A stretch of DNA of 64,000 nucleotides, taken from IMG/VR virus record IMGVR_UViG_2788500220_000008, positions 1-64,000 of that record. One strand, 5' to 3'. Below the pieces are notes generated by a model that was not told where the DNA came from, made no database searches, and saw nothing but the letters and a program-made list of their open reading frames with translations. This stretch comes from an uncultured virus (IMG/VR IMGVR_UViG_2788500220_000008) (lineage: Duplodnaviria > Heunggongvirae > Uroviricota > Caudoviricetes). Both the position numbers and the translations under genes were made by a program. This document shows, piece by piece, positions 1 through 12,000 of this stretch (position 1 is its first letter; each line of letters starts with the position of its first letter).

Positions 1-3000
1 CGTGTTATTGCTTTCGGAGCCTCAGTAGGTATTATCAACGCTGTCGGTAATGCCTTTAAGAGCCTTGTATTGCAGACGATTGAGGTTCAAAAGCAAATGA
101 CTGAAATCAATGTCATAATGCAAAAAAGCGTGACGGACATGGGGGCCATGCAGAGATCTCTATTCTCCATAGCAAAAGATACAGCTCAGTCTTTTGGTCT
201 TGTCACTGAGGCTGCATTAGAGTTTTCCCGCCAAGGCATGAGCATGCAGGAAACCCTGAACGCAACCAAGCAGGCGATGATCTTGTCTCGTATTACTGCT
301 CTTGACGCAGCAGAAGCGGTTAAAGGTCTTACTGCCGCTGTTAACGGATTTGCTGAAGCTGGAATTACTCATGCTCAAGTGGTGAATAAAATGTCTGCTG
401 TAGATGTTCAATTTGCCGTAAGCACTGAAGACTTAATCCACGGGCTCGAAAGAGCTGGTGCAGTAGCTCAAGGCGCAAAAGTAAACTTTGATGAATTGAT
501 GGGTGCAATTACTGCCGCCCAACAAATTACAGCCCGAGGGGGCAACGTAATCGGTAACTCCTTCAAGACCATCTTTACAAGGATTCAAAGGCGTTCTACG
601 ATTAACAGGCTGGAAGAGCTTGGGATTGCAGTAAAAGACCTGCAGGGAAATACGCTTCCAGCAATGAAGATACTCAAAGAGCTCGCAATGACTTATGATG
701 GACTTACTGATGCCACTAAAGCTGCTGTAGCTGAGCAAGTAGGTGGGGTATTTCAAATCAATATTTTAAGGGCGGCAATGAAAGACTTGTCTCGGGAGAA
801 TAGCGTATTTGCCCGAGCGACAAAAATTTCATCTAGAGCTACCGACGAAGCTACAAAGAAAAATATAGCTCTAAATCAAACGCTCGCTGCGCTTGCAGCC
901 CAGACAGGAACCTCTATTCAGCAGTTATCTGAATCCCTAGGAAAGCTTACCATGGGCCCGGGTATAGAAAAAGTCTTAAAAACAATTAATACTCTTGCGG
1001 AGGGGGCTTTGGGTGGAATTGAGGCTGAAGGCCTCGGCGGAGACCTAGCAAGAGGAATGCTAAAGGGGTTTGGGAATATCCTCTCTGGTCCCGGCTTAAT
1101 TTTGCTCGGCGGCATGTTTGTCAAACTCTTCGGAGAGGTAACCAAATTTGCCACAAAAAGTATGGCCAATATTATTGGCATTACAACTCAGAAGCAAAAA
1201 CAAAAAGTTGTCGAAGAGGCTATTCTAAAAGTCCTAATGGAAAACGAAGGGGTTGAGGCTTCCCTGCTTGCAATGGGTAAAAACAGGGTCCTACAAGAAG
1301 AACATATTTTAAAATTAATCAAACAACAATCTGCCGCGTCAAAAGAGCGAGCTGCTATAGCTGCCGCCGTTACCCCGGGGATTGTAAAGGCTGGAGTAAG
1401 GGGCGCCGACCTTTCCCTAAAGAAGGGTTCTGGAGGCGTTATCCCCAAAGAAGATAAAGCTATAGAGCGGAAAGGAGCTATGGCTGGCGGGTACTCTCCC
1501 GGGTCGATCTCCAAAATAGACATTGAGGGAGTCGGCCCTGTAGTCTACAACAAAGCTGAAAAAGTAAAAAGATTTCCGGGCATGAAGCAAGAAGCTATTA
1601 TGCCACCGAAGTCAAGTAGGGCTGGAGGGACTTATGCCAAGGAATTTAAAAAGGTCCACGGATTTAATCCATACGCCCAATCCGGCTATATACCTAATTA
1701 TGGCATAGTCAATACGGGTGCCAGTAAAATTTTGGCGCTACCCAGAACAAACATGGTTACGCATGGGAGAGGCGACGGGCAAAGCACTCGTAGAATGGAT
1801 GAAAAATACTCAAGGACCGGGGATAAAATACTCCTGACTGAAGTGGGTAGATTTGTCAGTCAAGGAGTTCCTTACGAGAAGCGGAATGTCCTCGGGAAGA
1901 TTATGTCTAGACTCCTAGACAAGGGAATCGTCTCAATAACTAGGCCGGGACGTTTTGAAAAAGAAAAGTTCCGCGCAAACCCAAGGAGTAAGGATAAAGA
2001 TTACGATCAATTTGAGACCCACATGGTAAAACAGCTATCATCTCAAGGGTACAGAAGTACGGGTAGGGTCATCGACCCAAAGACAAGAAAACTTATAGAG
2101 TCCGGCAATAATAACTATCCCCAAGATGCATTTGCAAAAGGGAAAGTCCCTAGAGAGTTTAAAATATCAAGAATAGACGAAAAGGATTTATTAAGTAAAT
2201 CCATAAGAAGGACTACCGATTTAGACCCCGGGGATGTACTCTCTGGGAAGTATACTTCTGGGGACATAGCAAAAGGGAACGAATTTACCAGAGTGCTTAG
2301 AAGTAATTTTGGGCCAGATTCGGGCATGCACGACGAAGTCCTCATGGGGCTTTTGGACAAATTCGAAGCGTCTAACCTTAATTCTGCCATTAGGCTCATG
2401 GAACAAAAAGGCATTAAAGTCCCCCCGGGACAAGAAGCCTACACCGCAGCTATTCACGGACTCTCAAAAGGCCTAATCCCCAACTTCGCGAAGCCCGGCC
2501 TTCGTTTGCCCACGTGGAAGCATAAAGCTCGCTCGGCAATGCAAATTTACAAAGGCCTCAGCGCCAAAAGAGCCTCAAGTAAGGGGCCGGATATAAAAGC
2601 AAGAGACGCTCTTGCTAAAGCATGGGACGACACCTCAGACTATGCAACCACTGTCTCCAAAACCTTCCGAGGCAAACAAGAAAGAGGTAGACCTGTCAAT
2701 CAGAAAGTTCTGGAAATAATGGAGAACCCAAACAAATATGGGTTTAATGCTGAATGGACTGGAGCAGAAGGTAGAAAAGCGGTACAATTTTTCTCTCAAA
2801 AGGGCAAGCTCGCAAACCCCGACTACCAAGCCATAGGCTCGCAAAACAATTTAGCAGGCGAAGCTCACTTTCAATCAGCCAGAGATATAGCTAAAAGTAT
2901 TTGGGGGAAAGATTCTGTCTCAAGTGTGAAGGGTCGCTCAACCCCGATGGACATGCGAATTTCGAATCTTGGGTATTTAGACCCCAGAACTAGTGGAGCT

Positions 3001-6000
3001 CATGGCCCTTCTAAGATTTTCCATAAGATTCTGCGCCAGCTAGCCATGGACAATCCGCAGTACTTGAAGACCCGACTTTTGCGCGGGGGCAACTTCGATG
3101 GAATACATGGGCTCAAGAGAACGGCTGTTGGTCGAGGGGGAGACACAAGCAAGGCCTTTGGTTTTATGGAGATAGGCGGCAGTATGTCCAGAACCGCCCG
3201 GATTAGCGATATGAAAAAAGCCGATGGGAACATTCCATTCAAGGATGGCGTGTTTGCCGGCGGCGTCGGCAGGAAAGAGAAATATTGGAAAAGCATTCAG
3301 GATTGGTTTGATGGCCTTAGCCCCAAGGACCAAGCAAAGGTCATGAGGGCCAGAATGCACGGGGAATGGAAAATCATGCCGAAAGAGTCTCTAGACACTT
3401 TTGCCAATCAAGGCTTTATCCCTAACTTTGCCGCCAACCCCGCGCAGCACACAATGGCAAAACAGCTCGCAAAACAACGAGCAGAGAGAGAGAATGAATA
3501 CATAGGTGCTGAGCGAGGGCAATTCAATGTGCTCAGAGACAAGTATGGGAAGATCACCTCCAATTACGTCAGGGGTTTGGACCGCCGCAACAATCCAGAA
3601 TGGACACTGAGGAGGCCTCTCCTTAAATCAAAAGATCCAGATCAGTTTATTAGGGAAATTGAGAATTTCCTGCGTATGCATACAAGCGGTCGCCTTAGCG
3701 GTAGTTATTCTCACGGAATGAGATCGCATACGATTAAAAACTACCGTGGAGACGATGTCTCGATAGTTCGAGACGCTAGAGAAGGGCTTGGGGAGAGCGC
3801 TTATCAAAAGCCTCTACTCAGAGAAGATCGGATGTTTGAATACCAGCATGAGAAGACTACTGGCAATAAGACAAAGCAATACTATGGATCAGGAGCAGTT
3901 TCGTGGGGTAGACTTAAGGATCGATGGGGCGATAGCACTGGAGCCAGCCTTAGGACCGAAGGGTTCGCCAAGGGTAGCTACGCCCAAGGAAATCTAAATG
4001 TAACAGACGGGCACTTAAACAGAGGGGTAGTTAGGGTCGATGCGGACGAATTCGACGCATATGCCCCTACTCGCGCGCAAGAGGCGGCCACAGGCCTTGT
4101 CTTTGAAAAACAATTCGCGAAAAAAGATTTGTGGACAAAAAATAACGTTATCGAATTCTTCCGCACTGGGGATCCTTCTTTGCTAGGCATCGCTCACGGC
4201 GGGTTTGGCAGACCAATGTCTCGGGGTCAAAGCCCGCTCAATTGGCTTCAGGAACAAATAAGATCTGGGAAGCTGGAAAATGTCACATTTGACACTATGG
4301 GCGGATGGAATATAGGGCTACAGAAGGAGTTCGAAATAACCGAAGCTTCGTTAAGGAAATACAATCGCGAGCAACGTGACCCGAACAGAGTCGCTTCCAG
4401 CCTAGGGTTAATCCCTAATTTTGCTTTTGGAATGCAAGGCGGGAAAGCCTTTAGTTTCGGAGGCAAAAAGTCAGTTCAAGCAAAAAATGCATACAATCGC
4501 CAGCTTGCCTTAGCTGGCGGAGATATGAGGATGTTCAACAAGGAATACCCTCACCCCGCAATTTCTAGAGCAAGGACAGAAAGAGGGAATTATGCAGCAG
4601 CTCTTAGCGGAAAATCTATGGTATATGCCCCTCACGCAAAAGAGGCCCTCGACAGGAAAAACCTAGAAATCGCCCAAACCCTTCGAAGCCAAGCGAGAAA
4701 AGGATTAATCTCTGAACCACAAAAAGATCAATTAATAAAAGATCTTTACGATTGGGAGAAGATGCTCAAAATAGATAAAAATGTAAAAGACCAATCACTT
4801 AGGCTTAAAAATCTTGATAGATCCCTTACTGGCAAATCAAATTATGCACCAAACTTAGACGACATTACCCTCAGGAACGAGTGGGCCAGATACCTTAAAG
4901 AATCTAGGTATATGGACATGGACACTAGAATCGCTGAGAAATACCTAAGCAGATACGGCCCCACTCCGCCAGAAAGAGTTTTTAATGAGATGGGCATGAT
5001 GAATCTATATGGGGTAAAAGGAGAATCCCCATGGTCTGTTAATACATTTGATAGTAGATACGGGGCGGCAAAGGGGGCTGGACTAGTCTTAAGGAACTCA
5101 GGCTACTCCAGCGGGATGATACCCAATTTTGCTATAATGAAGGGCTTCCCATCTGCCAAGCACTATACCACTAAATTTAAGCCAGCGCTGCAGGCAGCGG
5201 AAAGAAAGAAGGAGTATATCCGATACTTGCTCGAAGCTAGAACAAAAGCCCGCATTAGATATGACAGAACAGGAAGGCTATCCGACAAAAATGCGGCAGA
5301 CTGGAAATCGGCAGAGATTCTTGCATTGCGAAAGCCCGGCAGTGACCACATGTCAATGGAGCACGAAAATATGTTTGGCGCAAAAGCTCGTCGAGCTGGC
5401 GCTCCCCCAAGAGATCTACTCGTCGCCTCATCAGGGCTTGTGCCTAATTTCTTTAATATATTAAGTATTGCAGGAGACAGAAAGCAACTGCTAAAAATGT
5501 GGCAAGGGAAACTTGACAAAGCGAAACACGCTGCTCGTTCAGGAGGCCCAAGAGCAGAAACCGACCCCTTGATTTCAAAGCTTAACGGCGAAGCGAATCA
5601 CATATGGGATCAGCTTCAATTACTAAACCAAGGCAAGCCTTACAAGATCCCCAACTTTGCAAATATATCAAAAATAAAAGAGCTAGCCAAGAGAGGGGTT
5701 GGTGGAGAAAAAGCCAACGCCCAAAAGATGCTTGATAGATTTTCGATTAAATCAAAGTCAATGTTTGATGATATGATCATTGACGATTTTCTTAAGAATC
5801 CAAACATGCCTTATAAGGGCCCGTGGGGAAATACGGTTACAGACTATTTACTTTCAAAAGGATACAATAAAGAACAAATCCTAAAAGCTGCCACGTCTCC
5901 CGGCGGATATACCAGAGGAGGGATGTCTCAAGGCCTTATTCCTAATTTTGCAAGCCTTCCAGTCAGGCCCGGCATAGTCCCTGTTGCGGATGATATATTT

Positions 6001-9000
6001 CAGAACCTTTCCATGAAAAAGCGGGGGCCGCTTGATAGACTTCTGGATAAAGCCCCAAACAAGCAAGAGGTTATAGACGCTCTCCAGAAGATTGGCTGGG
6101 ACAAGCTGGATGATGTCATGGAGATAATTCCACAGCTTGAGAGGCTTGGAATGAAGGTGGCAGACGTCCTTCCTAAATTTTTAAATTTCTTCCCGGGCGG
6201 CCTTATTCCGAACTTTGCCGACCCACTCGGCGCTGCCATATCAAGAGAGAAAGCTGCGGGCGTTCCCGCTAGCTTAATAAGAGTATCTCAATCAAACAGG
6301 CTAAAGGGCCCTCAAAATCCCGCCGGCTTGGCAGTGACGAACACAAGAGACGAGCCTAGAGGAGTGGGGCAGGGGATAAAGCGGGCTATATCAATGGGGA
6401 TTGATCCCAAGACCCATGGAGCATCTAAGGGACGAGTCCCGTCGTTTGCGCTCCCTGCAGGGCTCGGTGGATCACCGCCCCTCGCGTTTGGCACGGCGCC
6501 CATAGCTGGCGTGGCTCCACTCTCCGTTCAATTCAAGGAACTTGGACTGTCTCTAGGCAGCGTCAATAAAGAAACCCTGCAGGCATCGACCTCCTTTCGT
6601 AAGTTTATTCAGGCCGCCCACAAAGGTGACTCATCGGTTACCAAACATGCCGCAGCACTTGACAAACACCTCCGCGCCCTTATTAAGGACGAAGCCGAAC
6701 TAGCCAAGGTGACTGCATCTCTTAGCAGACTAGGTGCCGCAGCAAATAAGGCAGGCAAAAAAGGTACAGACGTTCCGGGTGGGGGCACGACGGGAGCAAC
6801 CTCACCGCCACCAGCGCCTAAAACAGGAGGCGGAGGAGTTATGGGCTGGCTCTCAAATAGCCGAGTCTCAAATTGGGGCAAAAAAACAGGAGCCGCAATG
6901 AACCCCATGAAACCCGGCGGGTTTTTCCAGCAGTTCCACGCAGCGGGAACGGGCCGGATGCATGGCGGGACTAGTGGCATAATGGGGGCAGCTGGAGCGA
7001 AAGCGGGAAATTTCTTCGGAGGCCTGAATAGGCGCATGAACGCAAACCCCGGGGTAGGCATGGCTCTTATGATGGCGCCTATGATGACAGAGGCTGGGGC
7101 AGAATCCATTAGAGGCGGTAAGAGAAAATGGCAGAGAAGCAAGGGTAGCAGGGCCGCCTCGGGGGCCATGTCTGGACTGGGGGACGTCGCCATGTATACC
7201 GCTATGGGAAGCATGATTGCTCCGGGCCCTTGGGGCACCGCAATTGGAGCGACGGTTGGCACTGTTGTAGCGCTAAATAAAGTATTCAACGAAATGAAGT
7301 TAACTGCTGCTGATGTTGGCGAAAGAAACCAGCATCTTGCGTCAGAAATGGATAACGCGGTACAGTCCGTGTCTAAATTTACTCGCCTCGAAAAGAAGCA
7401 AGAAGAAAGGCTTAGGGCAGGAGATTATAAAGGATCGGAATCTATGCAAACTCAACTTAACGAAGCAAGAAGGGAAATGCAAGATTCGTTTGGTAGAGAG
7501 TTTGCCTTCAAATATGAAGATGCAGATGCATCAGAAAGGCAAGAAATGCTTGATAAGGCTCAAGACGCAAAAAGCGCTCAGGCGTCCATCGCCGGAGTTG
7601 ATTCTGCGCTTGCAAAAATAGCAGAGACTGACTTGGCAGGCACAGGTAGCGTGCAGGCTATAATGGGTCGCGGAAAAGGGGAGATGGGCTACACCAGCGT
7701 GGGCATGGGCATTCAAACAGGTCTTATGTCAATAACCGGGGGTATCTCACAAGCCCTAGGTCTGTCCTTTTCCCAGAACAAGGGCGAGTTGATTCCGAGA
7801 GTCAACTTCATGGATTACGCAAGTGCGGGAGAGTTCTTTAGTGGAGGCGTATCTGAGAAAGACAAGGCAATGCAAGTGGCGCAATTCGAGGCTCTTGAGT
7901 CAGATATGCAATCCGCAGGCGCAGCAGTCAGAGGGCTAGACCCAGTCTTAAGTAGTAGAGGCAAGCAAATGCTGGAGGCCTATATGGGTGATGAACGCTT
8001 TAAAACGCTAAGGGAACAAAGCGCAGCGGGAGCAGGTGGCTATGATGAAAGTTTGGCAGAGACCATGTCTGAAAGCGGAGCCGCATTATTCCTTAAGCTT
8101 AAAGAGCAAATAGATCCAAAGATTCAAGGAGAACAAAGAACCCTCATAGAAAAACAACTGCAGGCGCTGTCAGAAAACATGGCGGCTAATGACGAGTCTG
8201 ATGAAACTCAAGCAGTTATGGGCTTTTTCGGCAAGGGTTATATGGATGCTGCTACCGAAGAATTTGACATAAGAAATAAACATCTCGAATTCCTCCGGTC
8301 GCACTTTGCCAACTTTAACAAGTCCCTAAAATATATGATGGGAGATGTTTCCTCTCACTTTAAGGTTATTAGCCAGAGAATGAACGAGGAAAGACAGGGA
8401 TTCCAAGCCTCCGGAGGTGCGCTTAAGTCGGGCGGCATTGGGCTTAACGAGGCGGGAATGATAAGAGTGACCCAAGCTCTCGACAGAATCTCCATGGAGA
8501 TGAAGCATTCTAAATCCCTTGAGGACAATAGGCAGAAAACCTTCAAGGACATCTCGACTAGCGTCCAAAAACATGGCCTCACCTCGATGACGGGTAGAAG
8601 CGCATTCGGTTCGGAGTCAACGCTAGTCTCGGAGGTGCAAAACTTTATGATAGCCCAAGGGGCGCTAGAGGAAGGGGCCGACCTCCGCTCCCTGTTCACA
8701 GGAAACCCCACTGAACGAATGGCAGAAGCTTTTTCGGAGTATATAAAAGAAGGTCAAATCGATTACAATGACCTACTCGCGAGAACCAAAAACGTCACGA
8801 ATAGGGAAGCTCAAGGCTTAACAGATAAGGCTTGGAAAGAGGTGATGGATGTTAAAGGCACCGAGAGGAAAGTCACTGCGGACGAATGGGATGAAGGCTC
8901 CGATTGGATTTTCGACTCCTCCTATCACAGTCGGAATGCGTATGGGTTCGCAATGGGCACCAGAGACGAAGTTGCTGCAAGATATGCAAAAGACTCAGGA

Positions 9001-12000
9001 CGACATATGGTCGAAGGAGACACGATGCATGGCGAGGATGCTCGCATTGGCGAAGAACTACGCAAAAGATTTGGAGAGCTTAGAGACCAATTTACCAAAT
9101 CAGGTGATTTAGATATAGAGGGCTTCACGGATGCAGTTAAATCGATACAAGATGGCATGCAAGTTTATTCAGTCACGCAAGCTCAAATGAGAGAGAATGA
9201 GTGGACCACTGAACACGCCGAGGAAAAGTGGTGGGCGTCGGGGGGGTATATAGCAAGCACCAACGTGCATAGCGAAAGTGTGGGTGTCCAGCAGGCTGTA
9301 TCTGAAACTCTCTGGGACAAACTTAGCACTTGGCAAGCGAAAGAAATTGCAAGGCTCAAACAACAAGCTAAAGAGAAATCTCAAAAACATCTTGCCGACA
9401 TTCAAACAGAAGATGCAGAGGATTCAATTGAGGCGGCGATGAAGGCTCTTCAGGCGGTAGGCACAGCAATCCGACTGAACGCCAGTCAAGAGTCTAGAGA
9501 TATGATGGAGATTATTCAGAAAAACCGAGAATCATATGATCTACTTAAAAACGCCAACCAAATCGAAACCCAATTGTTTAATATGCGAAATACCATGGCG
9601 TTGGAGGGGGCTCAACTCGTTGAGCTCTCGATTAATTCTCAGAGAATTGCAATGGATAGAATCGCTAAACTAAATCTAGAAAGCGTGGCTACTGGCGATG
9701 AAAGCTTTAAAGCGAAAGGCTCTCAGGCAAACCTTGAAAAAATCGAGAGAGACGAAGAAAGAAGGAAGAAGATTGAATCTGCCGTTATCGACCTTGAAGT
9801 TGCCGATAAGCAAATGGATCCATTTGAAGCGCTTATTCATAGCATAAAGCGGCGTTCCGAACAAGATCAAAAATCACTCCTTCGTAGAAAAGCTGGCGAA
9901 CTTTCTTTGGCTAGCGACACATTAATCGGAGATCTTACCCCTCAATCTCTGGAGGCTAAAGGTGGCACTCAAATACATGCAGTCAACTTTTCGGAACTTC
10001 ACAAACGCTCGAAAGCCAGAATGACAGAAGCGGAAGAAAAGTATATGCCTCATTTTGAAAAGATGAAGGAACTGTTAATGAAGGAGGATTTTACCGAGGC
10101 CCTCGGCACTAGGGATTGGCCCAACATTAAGAATGCGATAAACGCAGCGATTGACCCGGGTGAGTTGAATGCAATATTTGCAGCACTTGCTGCTAAAGAA
10201 CTTAAGGATGGAACTAAAGAGATTGGTTCTTTTAAAAATCTTAGTGAGGATACGAGGAAGCTTATGCTCGACAAGCATGACAATGACAATATGGCCAACT
10301 GGAAATCGCCTGAGGCAGCCTTAGACGTTGGGAGAAAGCTTGAGAATCATGCAGGGATAAAAAAAGCAAGGGACAAAATGGTGCAGTTTTGGCTGGAATA
10401 CGAGCAGGCCCAGCGATTATCTACAGAGTCCATGGGGCAGGCAGATTTCAAATCTTATCTTAATGTAATTAATGAGAGAAACAAAGCTTCTTCAGAACTT
10501 ACGAAAGGGATTTTGGGGGCAAAGAAAAAATTTGATAACGAATTAGCTCAGATTAACAACAAATTCAAGAGCGATCCCGCGAAATTGGAAAGGGCGCAGG
10601 CTGGCATTTTAAAGCAATTCAGGGATTCCCTAATCAATTTCTATGGAAAATTATACGACGATGAATTTATTACAGGACAGGCCCCGTCAGGCTTTACGCT
10701 GCCCAGCGGCAAAAGCCCTAGCGACAAGGAATATTATCAATATTCAGTTTTAGGTATGCATGGAGGCATGAAAGGCCAAAAGGGCGTACATCACGCCGCC
10801 GCGCAAGAGGAGCTAAAAAAGCAGCAGGCTGTCTATACAGCAGTTAGAAATGAAATGGGGAAGACAGACAAATCCGGAAGCTTCGTGGCAGACCCAAAGG
10901 AGATATTACAAAGATTTGACAAGATAGCAAAAGAAGGGCTCAGTGGAGTTTTGGATATAAATACGTTATTGGATCAAATAGACCCGGATCGAAAGGCTAG
11001 GATGGCCGAGGAAACGGATAAAATGCTTGCACAGCAAAAGAATATCTCGGTTCAAGAAAAGTTAACCCAAACCATGGATACACTCTCTCATTCAGTTACT
11101 AGAACCGCACAAAGAATGGACGACGCAACAAACATGGCCGCCTCAATCATACAAGAATATGGAAATATGGAGCTGACTACTGGAGGCATGACTGACGTCG
11201 AGCGAGCCAATAGAAGAAGAAGTATAACCGGGGTTACTACTGCGCTAGGAAATCGCAACCAACAAGCGCAACTCCAGAGAGAGGGCTTTCTCTCCCTATT
11301 AAGGAAGATCCCCGGAGTGTCTACCGCAGGACCTGAGAGAGCGACTAGATTAAAAGAGATGGCGGAGCTCATACCCAAGATGAAGCCGTTGAGTCCTGAG
11401 GAATACAAAAAAACAATGGATTCTTTTGTTGGAAAGGCTGGCCTCGACATGTCCTCCAACGCTTTTTCAGGGCCGTCTTCCACAGAACTTTCATCCTCCA
11501 CAGGAATGAAATGGATGGAGCTTCGAAGCGCTAGTGGAAAAGGGCATCAAGAAAAATTAAGAACTGAGATGAATAAGCAGGCTATTTCGCTCAGAGAGCT
11601 AATCGATACTCAAGATTCAGAGATTCAGAAGAGGCAGGCGTTAAATAGAGTTCTTGAAGAGAACGAAAGATACCTCCAGTCTTTTGGCGCAGGTGTTTCC
11701 AGTGCGATTGGCGACATCCGAACTAGGATAGCTAATCAAGAAGCTCGACGAGGGGAGGGTTTAGTCAATGCGGTCAGGGATGGATTGAAGACAAAAATTC
11801 AAGGGGGTTTTGATAAATCAGAGGGCGAAAGCTTTTGGAAACACATGAACGATGCCCGCAGGGAAGCAGACGCTGCCAACGCCGCAGACCAAGCGACAAA
11901 CATTGTATTTGGCACGGGCTTGGGAGATCTCGCCGGAGCCCTTGGAATAGAAAGTATGGCTGGATTTAACATGCAAAAATTCTGGGACCCCGAGGGCTTT

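Noticed and set aside
1681..6450. TMP cassettes as inteins or DNA-level repeats/IS elements
   Set aside because: No C/S...HN-C/S/T splice junctions or LAGLIDADG motifs. The delimiter is conserved as protein with variable codons, and no inverted repeats or target duplications were seen.
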